Notes: generated by a model not told the origin, from the sequence alone. A DNA stretch of 43,864 bases from Candidatus Latescibacterota bacterium (GCA_038279365.1 JAYODI010000048.1:1-43864), one strand, 5' to 3'; shown: positions 1 to 9,992, counted from the stretch's first letter. A program made the numbers and translations.

Positions 1-2
1 TG

Positions 3-764
3 ATGTTGTTGTTGGCGGCACTCATTGCGCGGGCTGTGTCGATGGAGTTTCGGGGAAAGGTCGATTCACCCAAATGGCGCAATGTGTGGGACTGGGCGTT
101 TGGGTTGGGCAGTTTTTTACCGGCTCTGCTTTTTGGCGTGGCGGTAGGCAATGTGTTGCGTGGGGTGCCGATTGATTCATCGGGAGAATTTGTGGGTACG
201 TTTTTGGGTTTGTTGAACCCTTATGCATTGCTGATTGGTGTGTTGAGCTTGGTGATGTTTACGATGCATGGTGCTCTTTATTTGGTGATGAAGACTGAGG
301 GTGAACAACAAATGCGGGCCAAAGTGACGGCCACACGACTTTGGCCTATTTTTGTGGTGTTGTATATTTTGGCGACGGTGGCGAGTTACATGGTTTCGCC
401 TTATTTGTTTGAACATACCTTTTCGCGGATACCGTTTTGGGTGTGTGCTGTGATTGCACTGCTCGGTATGACTTATATACCCATTGCGATTCGACAAGAC
501 AAAGCGTTTCCTGCGTTTATTGCTTCATCTGCGTCGATTGCAGGTTTGATTGGCGTTGCATTAACCAGCATGTTTCCCAAGTTGTTGCCTTCGAGTGTGG
601 ATTTGGCTTATAGTTTGACGGCTTATAATGCATCTTCGACACCACCAACGTTGACTGCGATGTTGATTATTGCGTTGATTGGGATGCCGTTGGTGCTTGT
701 GTATACGTTTGTGATTTATCGGGTGTTTAAGGGGAAAGTGGTTTTGACGCCGGATAGTTATTGA
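3..764 (+). CDS. cydB: Cytochrome bd ubiquinol oxidase subunit II, 5'-truncated by the window edge
   Basis: Multi-TM protein with typical CydB segments RAVSMEFRGK, WRNVWDWAF, GVAVGNVLRGVP, LNPYALLIG, HGALYL, SLTAYNASS and C-terminal YRVFKGKV. Confidence 0.93.
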   Translation: MLLLAALIARAVSMEFRGKVDSPKWRNVWDWAFGLGSFLPALLFGVAVGNVLRGVPIDSSGEFVGTFLGLLNPYALLIGVLSLVMFTMHGALYLVMKTEGEQQMRAKVTATRLWPIFVVLYILATVASYMVSPYLFEHTFSRIPFWVCAVIALLGMTYIPIAIRQDKAFPAFIASSASIAGLIGVALTSMFPKLLPSSVDLAYSLTAYNASSTPPTLTAMLIIALIGMPLVLVYTFVIYRVFKGKVVLTPDSY

Positions 765-780
765 GGAAAATAGGAATCGA

Positions 781-869
781 CGCACAGCCGTAGGCTACAA
801 CGAGCGTAGCGAGTAATCAGCGAATTAACGAATAGACGGAAAGTCAAAAGCATGACGGGGTAGAAGGAA
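781..869 (+). repeat. REP/MITE-like intergenic repeat, copy 1
   Basis: 781-825 matches the reverse complement of 26602-26646 at 41/45 nt. CGAATAGACG...GGGTAGAAGGA (829-868) recurs in direct orientation at 26562-26602. Confidence 0.8.
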
Positions 870-871
870 TG

Positions 872-906
872 ATCGGAGTGACCTAACTGGTTGCTCCGAT
901 TTTTTT
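872..906 (+). terminator. Rho-independent terminator after cydB
   Basis: Stem ATCGGAGTGACC / GGTTGCTCCGAT (two G-U pairs), 5-nt loop, followed by a T run. Confidence 0.75.
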
Positions 907-1006
907 GACCCTGTATGGCACTTAGTGTAACAGATCGGTGACACCTTTTATGCAACATGGGGTCTAAGCTTACAGACTTGTTTCCTTACGCTGAGAGGGG
1001 GCTGAA

Positions 1007-2632
1007 ATGGACATTAAAAAATGGGTTTGGAGATCTTCATCAATCATATTGGCCGCTTTTATTCTTTCAGGTATCTGTCTTTACATCTATCTCCCATCCG
1101 TTCCTGAATTGTTCAAACTGAACAAAACGTGTCAGGAAGACGGGTATTATATGGCGGAATTTGAATTTAAAATGTTGGGGTTGGCCTATTATATCGATAA
1201 GGGTGAATATTGGAAAGCAATTACTGGCCTTAGGAGATTGCACAGGCAGCTTAAATTGAGGGAAGGCTTGGTCAAAATGCCTGCGTTTGCGGATAAAAAT
1301 GAAGAACTGTCATTTTATTTGAACCTTCAGAACCCGAAAACGGGCGCATTTATGGACGACTTCTATCCGATGTGCGTTTATCATGGGCCTACTGGGAATG
1401 TCTTGACACATCTTGATGCATTGGCAGAAGAAACTGGACAGCCTCTTCGGCTTAAATATCCACTCACATATCTGGATGAGATCAATACACCGGATAAGGT
1501 GAAGGCATATTTTGATGATATCTCTGCTGTGGGTTGGATCGCGGCCCAATTTCCACAAACCACGTTTCATCAAGCAAGAGACATGCTTGTTTCTATCAAT
1601 GGTGAAGGAGATGGAAAAGGCGTTCTTGAGAAACACAATATATACGCGTTTTCGCCAGAATGGAAAGCGGCGGTGCTTCAGTGGTTTTATGAAAATCAAG
1701 ATCCTGAAACAGGGTTTTGGGGGCCACGATTGAGAAGCAGTGGCAGACTGGCAAAACTGGATTTGAGCAACACGGCTTCGATTGTTAAAACATTTGTGGA
1801 TCGGGATGGTAATGATATCTATGCGTCGTTTCCTTTGCGTTATAAAAACGAGATGTTTGCAACGGCGCTTCAAGTGTTGTCTGAGGGGACACCTTCATCT
1901 GATGATGACCTGGATGAATGGCATGAATGGGCTTTAAAGACACGGAAGGGTACTTATCTGTTGACCAGATATTTGTGGTCTGATGCGTCTACGGAAAATA
2001 AGGTTCAGGCCAGATCATTGATCGAGAAATATCAAAGAACTTATTTTGAGAAATATTATGTGGCAAGTGAAGGGGCATTCAGCTATTATCCTGGATCGCA
2101 GCATGCTACTTTGGACGGCACAAGCGGTGGTTTAAGTTTTTATTCGGATATGGGTGCTTTTTCAACAGAAAAACAGAGCCATCTCTGGGGATGTGCTAAG
2201 GAGACGTGTCGTGACCTTGGCCAATTTCACGTCTCTGTATTGACGGAAAAGGACTTCGACTCCATCAGGGATTTTAAGAATGTCAACGCTTGGCGCTTCT
2301 ATCCTACGGTGCCAGTTGTGGAGGATTATACGGCCAATGTCGCTGGTGTATTATATCCTGAAGTTACGCCCGTATTGGATGTTGTAGAATTTGTGCCAAA
2401 ACTGAGAACTTGGATAAATATTACCTCGCAGAGTATGGGCAATTGGGTTTCTCGGGAGGAGATTGAGAGCCGGCTGTCAGATGTGCAGATAGAGTCGGTT
2501 CCTGTGTCTCGGGGACATATCCCACTTGAACAGATAAACCTTATCTTGAAGCAGAATCAAACACTCACTGTCATCGGTTTTGATGTGCTTCAGGTTCCAC
2601 GATGTAAAATCACATTTCATTTGACTGAGTGA
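1007..2632 (+). CDS. Hypothetical membrane-anchored protein with prenyltransferase/squalene-cyclase-like (QW-type) repeats
   Basis: 541-aa ORF with a purine-rich RBS and an N-terminal hydrophobic helix. Motifs YLNLQNPKTGAF, WFYENQDPETGFW and YYVASEGAFSY. The CDS is secure; the fold is inferred. Confidence 0.6.
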   Translation: MDIKKWVWRSSSIILAAFILSGICLYIYLPSVPELFKLNKTCQEDGYYMAEFEFKMLGLAYYIDKGEYWKAITGLRRLHRQLKLREGLVKMPAFADKNEELSFYLNLQNPKTGAFMDDFYPMCVYHGPTGNVLTHLDALAEETGQPLRLKYPLTYLDEINTPDKVKAYFDDISAVGWIAAQFPQTTFHQARDMLVSINGEGDGKGVLEKHNIYAFSPEWKAAVLQWFYENQDPETGFWGPRLRSSGRLAKLDLSNTASIVKTFVDRDGNDIYASFPLRYKNEMFATALQVLSEGTPSSDDDLDEWHEWALKTRKGTYLLTRYLWSDASTENKVQARSLIEKYQRTYFEKYYVASEGAFSYYPGSQHATLDGTSGGLSFYSDMGAFSTEKQSHLWGCAKETCRDLGQFHVSVLTEKDFDSIRDFKNVNAWRFYPTVPVVEDYTANVAGVLYPEVTPVLDVVEFVPKLRTWINITSQSMGNWVSREEIESRLSDVQIESVPVSRGHIPLEQINLILKQNQTLTVIGFDVLQVPRCKITFHLTE

Positions 2633-2694
2633 TTCTATTTTTAGCGTTTGGTTTATTGTTGTTAAAATTTGTATTGCATTGGTTTTTGTATGAT

Positions 2695-2732
2695 AAAATG
2701 GGGCGATCTGTTCGGATCGCCCCATTTTTTTT
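2695..2732 (+). terminator. Rho-independent terminator, potentially bidirectional
   Basis: Perfect stem AAAATGGGGCGATC / GATCGCCCCATTTT with a 6-nt loop and T tail. Confidence 0.88.
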
Positions 2733-2860
2733 ATGGTGTAAGAGGTAAAAATGAATTAGTCTATACAACTTGTTTTGTTGTTTAAAGTGGATTGTTGCGC
2801 GCATATTGTAATGAATGATCTATTGACGCCCAATACATAGGATATCAAAAGGAGATGGGT

Positions 2861-4411
2861 ATGGCATCACAACGTTCTTGGATGGTTTTGCACCCCTCAT
2901 CGGATAATGTGGCAATTGCTTTGCGGGCATTTGAAGTGGGTGAAAAGATGGCCGATGTGGCGGTGGCGGAATCGATTCGGCAATATCATAAAATGGCGTT
3001 GACCGATATCGCTGAAAATGCACCTGTGTATAAGTATGGTCAGATAATTGGGTATACAACCAAACCTATTGCGGCGGGCACGTGGGTGCACACGCATAAT
3101 TTGGGGATGGGGCGTTTGATGGAGACGAATATTACAGATTTGTCAAATGACATTCCCGAACCTGAACCTGCGATTATGGATCGCTACTTTTTGGGTTATC
3201 GCAGTGGTGATGGTCGTGCGGGTACGCGTAATTATGTGTTGATTGGCAGCACCGTGGATTGCTCTGGGCGAGTTGTGGAAATGGTATTGGAGGAGTTGAA
3301 CCGAAAGAAGGCCGATTATACACGGCGCTACCCCAATGTGGATGGGATTGTTGGCCAGACCCATGACAGCGGATGTGGATTGGTGACATTAAGTGAGGGG
3401 CACAAACAACAAAATCGTACGATTCAGAACTTGATGAATCACCCCAATGTGGGGGGGCGTGTGATTGTGCAACTGGGCTGTGAAAAGGGTCAGGCCAAGT
3501 TGATTTTTGGTGACGATCAGGTGATGCCCATTGAAGGGGCAACGGGTGGATCAGATGAGACATTGCCTTTGATTACGATTCAGGAATCGGGTGGCACGTG
3601 GGCGACGGTGGATCGCATTGTGGAATATGTGGAGAAAGTGTTGTTGCCGCGGGCCAATCGGCGACGCAGGGTTTTGATTCCGGCGAGTGAATTGATTTTG
3701 GCGACCCAATGTGGGGGCAGCAATGCCAACAGTGGGTTTACGGCCAATGCGTCGATTGGGTATGCATCGGATTTGTTGATTCGTTGTGGTGGCACAGCTT
3801 TTATTGCGGAGACAACAGAGACGTTTGGTGCAGGACATTTGCTCACACGACGCGCGAAGACCCCTGAGATTGGTCAAAAGTATTTGGATTATGTGGCGGA
3901 TTATCGCAAATATTTGGCTACAGGTGGTGGCACACCCGAAAACAACTTGGCGTATGGGAATATGGAAGGTGGTTTGTCGACCATTGCTGAGAAGGCATTG
4001 GGGTCTATTGCAAAGGGGGGCACTTCGGCATTGTGTTGGGTGAATGATTATGCCGAATTGATTACGGAAAAAGGATTTGGATTTATGAACACACCTGCAT
4101 TTGACCCCGCATCGTGTACGGGACAAACAGCGGGTGGTGCGCAGTTGGGTGTGTTTAGCACGGGAGCTGGCAGTTGTTTTGGTGGTATTTTGGTGCCGTG
4201 GTTAAAGGTGGTGAGCAACAGTGATACGTTTGAACGGATGGAAGATATGGAGATTAATGCGGGTGGTATTGCCGAAGGTGTGGACTCCTTTGAAGATGTG
4301 GGGCGCACGATTTTTGAATATTTGCTGGCAATGGCGAGTGGGGCAAAAACGTATAGTGAAAAGGTGGGGTATTCGGTGGTGAATATTTGGGATAAGGGTG
4401 TGACGACATAA
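2861..4411 (+). CDS. UxaA/GarD-family (altronate/galactarate) dehydratase with N-terminal SAF domain
   Basis: DNVAIAL, HKMALTDI, KYGQIIG, WVHTHN, GTRNYV, HDSGCG, LGCE, QCGGS, GNMEGGLSTIAEKALG, FSTGAGS. Start placed at ATG 2861 from GGAG spacing (alternative 2855). Substrate not assignable. Confidence 0.88.
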   Translation: MASQRSWMVLHPSSDNVAIALRAFEVGEKMADVAVAESIRQYHKMALTDIAENAPVYKYGQIIGYTTKPIAAGTWVHTHNLGMGRLMETNITDLSNDIPEPEPAIMDRYFLGYRSGDGRAGTRNYVLIGSTVDCSGRVVEMVLEELNRKKADYTRRYPNVDGIVGQTHDSGCGLVTLSEGHKQQNRTIQNLMNHPNVGGRVIVQLGCEKGQAKLIFGDDQVMPIEGATGGSDETLPLITIQESGGTWATVDRIVEYVEKVLLPRANRRRRVLIPASELILATQCGGSNANSGFTANASIGYASDLLIRCGGTAFIAETTETFGAGHLLTRRAKTPEIGQKYLDYVADYRKYLATGGGTPENNLAYGNMEGGLSTIAEKALGSIAKGGTSALCWVNDYAELITEKGFGFMNTPAFDPASCTGQTAGGAQLGVFSTGAGSCFGGILVPWLKVVSNSDTFERMEDMEINAGGIAEGVDSFEDVGRTIFEYLLAMASGAKTYSEKVGYSVVNIWDKGVTT

Positions 4412-4417
4412 AAAATG

Positions 4418-4453
4418 GTCGCAGGTTGCAGGTCTAAAAGTCACAGGTTAAAA
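4418..4453 (+). repeat. Degenerate 7-mer tandem repeat (GTCNCAG-like)
   Basis: GTCGCAG GTTGCAG GTCTAAAA GTCACAG GTTAAAA just after the stop codon; similar units at 31767-31845. Confidence 0.5.
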
Positions 4454-4503
4454 TTGCTGTGTATTTTTGATGTGGGTTTATGACTTGTGAGGAGGGAGGG
4501 TTT

Positions 4504-6264
4504 ATGGAACCGACGATGATTGAGTATGTGGTGGTGGGGTGTTATTTGGTGGCGTTGGTGGGGGTGGGGATGGTGTTTCGCACTTTTAATGAAAATGTGA
4601 GTGATTATTTTCGCAATGGGTTTAAGGGCACGTGGTGGCTGGTGGGATCCAGTGCTTTTATGACGGCATTTAGTGCGTGGACGTTTTCGGGTGCGGCGGG
4701 TGCGGCGTATGAAGCGGGGTGGAGTGTGTTGGTGATTTATTTGGCCAATTCGGTGGGGTTTGCGATTAATGGATTGTTTTTGGCGCGCTGGTTTCGGCAG
4801 ATTCGGGCGTTGACGGGGCCTGAAGTGATTCGGTTGCGGTTTGGGGTGAGCACACAGCAATTTTATGCATGGATGGCGTTTGTGACACAAACATTGTATT
4901 CGTCGTTGCATTTGTTGGGGTTGGCCATTTTTTGTTCGGCGGTATTTGGTTATCAAATTGAACAGGTGATTGTGGTGGTGGGGGTGGTGGTTTTGCTGTA
5001 TTCGTTGATTGGGGGCAGTTGGGCGGTAACGGCAACGGACTTTTTGCAGACTTTGATCTTGATTCCGGTGACCATTTTGGTGGCCGTTTTGTGTTTGGTT
5101 AAATTAGGTGGCATAGGTGCGTTGTTTGATGGTATTGAGGCTATGCACTTATCATCTGATTATGCGGTGTTTAATGCACCAGAACGGTTTCCATTGCGTG
5201 CGTATACATATGCTTGGGCGGTGGCGATGTTGTTGAAAAATGTGATAGGTTACAATACACTGACATCGGCTCAGAAATATTTTTCGGTGAAGGATGGACG
5301 CGAAGCACAAAAGGCGGCGTGGTTGGGATTTGTCTTGATGACCGTGGGGGCATTTATCTGGTTTATTCCACCGATGACAGCAAGGTTATTGTATGATGCG
5401 CAAGTGATGGGTGTGGCCATTCCTAAACCAGCGGAAGCAGCGTATGCAATTGCGAGTTTGAATGTGTTGCCGGTGGGATTAACGGGGTTAATGGTGGTGG
5501 CCATGTTTGCCGCTACGATGAGTTCTATGGATTCGGGCCTCAACAGCAATGCGGCCATTTTTACCAATGATATTTACCCAACATTGTGTGGTTTGTTTGG
5601 AAAAACGCCTGTGGAGGGCAAACAGTTGTTGCATTTGGGGCAAATGTTTTCGGCAGGATTTGGTGTGTGTATTGTTTCTATTGCAACTTATTTTGCCAAT
5701 ACGGATGGGCAAGGTGTGTTTGAACATATGCTGAATGTGGGCGCATTGTTGGCACTTCCAATGGCGGTACCTACGGTGATGGCTTTGTTTATTCGTACAA
5801 CACCACACTGGGCGGCAATAGCAACAGTATGTGTCACTTTTATACCTTCGGCATTGGGATTTTTTAGTGAGACCTTATTTGGTGAGACATGGTCTTTTCA
5901 ACAAAAAGTATTTATCAATATTTTTGTAGGTGCTGTGGCGTATGTGTTGACGATGCCGTTTTGGAAATATGCACCGAATGATTATCGCAATCAGGTAGAT
6001 GATTTTTTTGGTCGTATGTTGACACCTGTTGACTTTGCAAAAGAGGTGGGCGTACCCAATGATTTGCGACAGCTAAAAATTATTGGGCGTTTTGCGGCCA
6101 TTATTGGTGGATTGATTTGTTTTATTGTGTTTATACCCAATCCATTGATTGGACGTTTGGGTATTTTGTTTGTGGGTGGTTTTGTGTTGGGGATCGGATG
6201 CCTGTTTATGTGGTTGGGCAATCGCAGTGTTTCGGATGGTATTGCTGTACAAGCAGTTGATTGA
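4504..6264 (+). CDS. Sodium:solute symporter (SSS) family transporter
   Basis: SDYFRNG, WWLVGSSAFMTAFSAWTFSGAAG, GGSWAVTATDFLQ, FAATMSSMDSGLNS and many TM helices. RBS GGAGGG before ATG 4504. Confidence 0.9.
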   Translation: MEPTMIEYVVVGCYLVALVGVGMVFRTFNENVSDYFRNGFKGTWWLVGSSAFMTAFSAWTFSGAAGAAYEAGWSVLVIYLANSVGFAINGLFLARWFRQIRALTGPEVIRLRFGVSTQQFYAWMAFVTQTLYSSLHLLGLAIFCSAVFGYQIEQVIVVVGVVVLLYSLIGGSWAVTATDFLQTLILIPVTILVAVLCLVKLGGIGALFDGIEAMHLSSDYAVFNAPERFPLRAYTYAWAVAMLLKNVIGYNTLTSAQKYFSVKDGREAQKAAWLGFVLMTVGAFIWFIPPMTARLLYDAQVMGVAIPKPAEAAYAIASLNVLPVGLTGLMVVAMFAATMSSMDSGLNSNAAIFTNDIYPTLCGLFGKTPVEGKQLLHLGQMFSAGFGVCIVSIATYFANTDGQGVFEHMLNVGALLALPMAVPTVMALFIRTTPHWAAIATVCVTFIPSALGFFSETLFGETWSFQQKVFINIFVGAVAYVLTMPFWKYAPNDYRNQVDDFFGRMLTPVDFAKEVGVPNDLRQLKIIGRFAAIIGGLICFIVFIPNPLIGRLGILFVGGFVLGIGCLFMWLGNRSVSDGIAVQAVD

Positions 6265-8738
6265 TTTTTATAAAACCAACGCGTTGGTTTGTGAAGATGA
6301 CGCGTTTTTTTGATTGGGTATGCATGCAAAACTGGGCGAAGTATGGATTGATTGTGGTTTTGGTTTTTTATGCGGGTGTGATTGTTTGGACCTTTGGCGA
6401 TTATGGTGTAACCCCCGATGAAAGACATCATGTGGCTTATGGTGAAAGTGTGGTATTGTGGTATACCACAGGGTTTCAAGAGCGTCGTATTTTTACGTGG
6501 GCAGATATGTGGCTTTATGGTGGCTTTTATGATACTCTTGTGCATTTGATGACACGTGTTTCACCTTTGGATTTGTACGATACACGTCATTTGTGCAATG
6601 CTTTTGTGGGGTTGTTGGGTGTTTGGATTGCTTATCGGTTGGGCAGTTTGTTTGGGTCACGGTGGATAGGATTGTTGGCTGCGGTGTTTTTGATTTTGAC
6701 GCCTCGTTATTATGGCCATGCATTTAACAATAATAAAGACATTCCATTTGCCGTGTTGTATTTGTGGAGTGTGTTTTGGCAAATAAAGGTGTTGTGGGTG
6801 TTGCCACGTGTGCCGTGGCATTGGGTTATCATTACAGGTTTGGTTACGGGGTTGGCCATGGGCATTCGCGTGGGTGGGGTGTTGTTGGTGGGCTATGCGG
6901 GTTTGTTTTGGGGGCTTTGGTACTTTTTGTATTGGAAACGCGAACGTGGTGCATTGGGCGTATTGATTAAAGACTATGTTTTGCGCTTGGGATTGATGTT
7001 TGTGATTGCATATGGTGTGATGTTGGTCTTTTGGCCTTGGGCACAAACGGATCCGTTGCGTCATCCGTTGAAAGCGTTGACTGTGTTTTCGCAGTTTCCG
7101 GGTGGGCATTTGAACTTTTTTGAAGGTGCATATTTTCACAGCTATGAAATTCCATGGTACTATGCTCCCAAATGGTTGTTGTTGACATTGCCAGAGTTTG
7201 TTTGGGTGGGGTTGTTATGTGGTATGGGCTTGATGGTTTATCGCAAATATAATTTTCTAAGTTTGCAAACGGGATTTTTGGGATTTGCGGCATTGTTCCC
7301 ACTTTTTTATTTGATGGTTGCAGGAACCCCTCTTTATAATGCGACTCGGCATTTTATGTTTGTGGTGCCTCCTCTTGTGGTGTTGGCTGGGTATGGTTTT
7401 TGTGGTGTGTTCTATTTATTGGAACATAAGTGGCGCATTGGCTTGTGTGGGGTTGTGGGGGTGATGGTGCTTGTAACGGCAAGCGATATGGTTCGTTTGC
7501 ATCCGTTTCAAACGACATTCTTTAACCGCAGTGTGGGAGGTGGGCTTTGGGGGGGCGTGTCTGTGTATGATACGGATAATTATAACAATGGATACAAACA
7601 GGGTGCGTTGTGGTTGATGGATCATGTGGAAAAAACGGATTCTGATCCTATTCGTGTTGCGGGTGGTGCTGCGCTTGATGTGATGTTGGATGGAGATCGA
7701 TTTGTGATTGAGGATATTGCTTGGCGGGCCGATTATTATTTGACGACGACCAATATGCGGCAACATACAATAATTCCTGGGGAAGTGGTGCATACCGTTG
7801 CACGGATGGGTGTGCCCTTGTTGTATGTGATTCGCCCGGATACCACACGCAAGAATGACGAATTGTTTTCTCAAGATCCTTATCCTTTTCGAGATTTGAT
7901 TTGGGGGAAATGGTATGCGGCAGAAGGACGGTGGGAAGATGCGTTGGCGATGTATCAACGTGCACTGCAAATAAAAGGATCTGAGGCGGATGTGTATGGT
8001 TTGATGGGTGAGGCATATGCCGCACAAGAGAAGTATGAAAAATCGGTAATGTATTACAAAAAGGCTTTGGATATAGGGGCAAACGCTGTGGTTGTGGGCA
8101 CGAAACTGGGCAATGTATTACAAAGTATGGGTGCTTTAGAAGCATCCATACCTTATTATGAACGTGCACTTGAGATACGCCCTAATTATTTGGGCGCGTT
8201 GATGAATTTGGGACGTGCTTATTTTTCTTTGAGGCGGAATGAGGATGCGGTTGTGCCACTTGAAAAAGTGGTTTTTTTTGCACCCGATCAATCTTTGCAT
8301 TTTCAAAGATTGGGCCTTGTTTATTATCAGATGGGGCGCTCTGCTGATGCCATTGAAGCGTTTAAGAGGGCTGTGGAGTTGGATCGACACAGTATGTTGT
8401 CTTGGTATCATTTGGGTTTGGCTTTGGAACAATCGGGGTATGTAGATACGGCTGAAGATATTTATTTGCAAGCATTAGAATACGATGCGCATCGCCCCGA
8501 CATTTTGTTGCGCCTTGCGTCTATTTATCGGGATAATGGAAATTTTGATACGGCTGTACGTGTGCTGATGACTTTATTGGAAAACAACTCAAATAATTGG
8601 GAAGGGTATTATTTGTTGGGGCAAATTTACGAGCAATTGGGTGAAAAGCAGATTGCGATTGTTGCATATGAGAAGGTTTTGGCACTGAACCCCGAACATG
8701 AAAATACGAAAATACAATTGTCAAAATTAAAGCTATGA
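6261..8738 (+). CDS. GT-C (PMT/ArnT-like) glycosyltransferase fused to C-terminal TPR repeats
   Basis: DYGVTPDE loop after TM1, PRYYGHAFNNNKDIPFA, multi-TM N half and a run of TPR-like repeats in the C third. Start uncertain (TTG 6261 overlapping the upstream stop, or ATG 6297). Confidence 0.8.
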   Translation: MIFIKPTRWFVKMTRFFDWVCMQNWAKYGLIVVLVFYAGVIVWTFGDYGVTPDERHHVAYGESVVLWYTTGFQERRIFTWADMWLYGGFYDTLVHLMTRVSPLDLYDTRHLCNAFVGLLGVWIAYRLGSLFGSRWIGLLAAVFLILTPRYYGHAFNNNKDIPFAVLYLWSVFWQIKVLWVLPRVPWHWVIITGLVTGLAMGIRVGGVLLVGYAGLFWGLWYFLYWKRERGALGVLIKDYVLRLGLMFVIAYGVMLVFWPWAQTDPLRHPLKALTVFSQFPGGHLNFFEGAYFHSYEIPWYYAPKWLLLTLPEFVWVGLLCGMGLMVYRKYNFLSLQTGFLGFAALFPLFYLMVAGTPLYNATRHFMFVVPPLVVLAGYGFCGVFYLLEHKWRIGLCGVVGVMVLVTASDMVRLHPFQTTFFNRSVGGGLWGGVSVYDTDNYNNGYKQGALWLMDHVEKTDSDPIRVAGGAALDVMLDGDRFVIEDIAWRADYYLTTTNMRQHTIIPGEVVHTVARMGVPLLYVIRPDTTRKNDELFSQDPYPFRDLIWGKWYAAEGRWEDALAMYQRALQIKGSEADVYGLMGEAYAAQEKYEKSVMYYKKALDIGANAVVVGTKLGNVLQSMGALEASIPYYERALEIRPNYLGALMNLGRAYFSLRRNEDAVVPLEKVVFFAPDQSLHFQRLGLVYYQMGRSADAIEAFKRAVELDRHSMLSWYHLGLALEQSGYVDTAEDIYLQALEYDAHRPDILLRLASIYRDNGNFDTAVRVLMTLLENNSNNWEGYYLLGQIYEQLGEKQIAIVAYEKVLALNPEHENTKIQLSKLKL

Positions 8739-8753
8739 TGTAGGAGTGTTTTT

Positions 8754-9992
8754 ATGATAGATGATCATTTTCAACGCTATACGGCGTATGATCCGATGGT
8801 TCCTGTATGGATTGTGACGCCGGACTTAAATGGGTGTATTCATCGTTTTTTTGATGCGTCTTCTATTAGTCCTTCTGGGCGTTATGTGGGGGTATTTCGT
8901 TTGCCATCTGAACGTCAGTTGCCCAAGCCTGGTGATGTGGGCGATATTGTGGTGATTGATTTGGAAACAGGTGAGCAAAGTGTGGTGGCCAAGTCGCGGG
9001 GGTGGGATACACAGTTGGGCGCACAGGTGCAGTGGGGCGCAACAGATGAGGAATTGTTTTTTAATGATATGGATACGGATGCTTGGCGGCCGTTTGGTGT
9101 GAAGTTTAACCCATTGACGGGTGAACGGTTTGAAATGGACGGCACAGTGTATATGGTGTCGCGAGATGGCAAACAGGCGCTGAGCCCATGTTTGTTGCGT
9201 ACGGGTGCGACTCAGGCAGGATATGGGGTCATTGCACCTGTAGATGCAGTACCGAAGAATGTGGGCGCTGTGGATGATGATGGGATTTATATTACGGATA
9301 CGACAACTGGTGCATCGCGTTTGTTGGTGTCGATACGAGAGATTGTGGAGACGGCAGAACCAAAATTTGATTTGGATGCATATGCAGATGGAGATTTTTA
9401 TGGGTTTCATGTGAAGTGGAATCCGCTGGGTGATCGCATTATGTTTGTTTTGCGCTGGGTGTCGCGCACGCATGGGCTTAAATATGGGCCCAATTTGATT
9501 ACCATGCGAGCAGATGGTTCTGAGATTTGTTGTCCGATTCAGGATGAGGTGTGGTCAAAAGGTGGGCATCATCCGGATTGGTGCCCTGATGGGGAGACGG
9601 TGATGATGAATTTGCGAGTCGGGGATGATAAGGGATTAAGTTTGGTTCGGGCGCATTATGATGGCAGTGGATTTGAGGTGATGACGACAGTGGCGGGGTC
9701 TGGGCACCCAACGTTGCATCCCAATGGACGGCATATTGTGACGGATGTTTATGCACATGAATCACTGGCATATGGGGATGGTACGACACCACTTCGGTTG
9801 ATTGATATAGAGACACATACGGAGCAAGTAATTGCGCGGATTAATAATGACCCACCTTGGTCGGGACCCAAACGGGAGTTGCGGGTTGATCCACATCCGG
9901 CGTGGGATCGGGATTATAAACGGGTGGCGTTTAATATGTGTGTGGATGGATTGCGGCGGGTTTGTGTGGCGGATTTGAGTGGGGTGGTATAG
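8754..9992 (+). CDS. Beta-propeller protein, oligogalacturonate-lyase/TolB-like
   Basis: HRFFD..SPSGRY, WDTQLGAQVQW, HVKWNPLGDRI, HPDWCPDG, HPTLHPNG, RVDPHPAW blade motifs. RBS AGGAG. Confidence 0.65.
   Translation: MIDDHFQRYTAYDPMVPVWIVTPDLNGCIHRFFDASSISPSGRYVGVFRLPSERQLPKPGDVGDIVVIDLETGEQSVVAKSRGWDTQLGAQVQWGATDEELFFNDMDTDAWRPFGVKFNPLTGERFEMDGTVYMVSRDGKQALSPCLLRTGATQAGYGVIAPVDAVPKNVGAVDDDGIYITDTTTGASRLLVSIREIVETAEPKFDLDAYADGDFYGFHVKWNPLGDRIMFVLRWVSRTHGLKYGPNLITMRADGSEICCPIQDEVWSKGGHHPDWCPDGETVMMNLRVGDDKGLSLVRAHYDGSGFEVMTTVAGSGHPTLHPNGRHIVTDVYAHESLAYGDGTTPLRLIDIETHTEQVIARINNDPPWSGPKRELRVDPHPAWDRDYKRVAFNMCVDGLRRVCVADLSGVV

Noticed and set aside
916-932. TGGCAC as a sigma54 promoter for the 541-aa gene
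   Set aside because: No TTGC/TTGA at the -12 position and no enhancer sites
5991-6545. 184-aa minus-strand ORF, and the many other short P/T/H/Q-rich antisense ORFs
   Set aside because: By-products of the G/T skew, lying opposite well-supported genes
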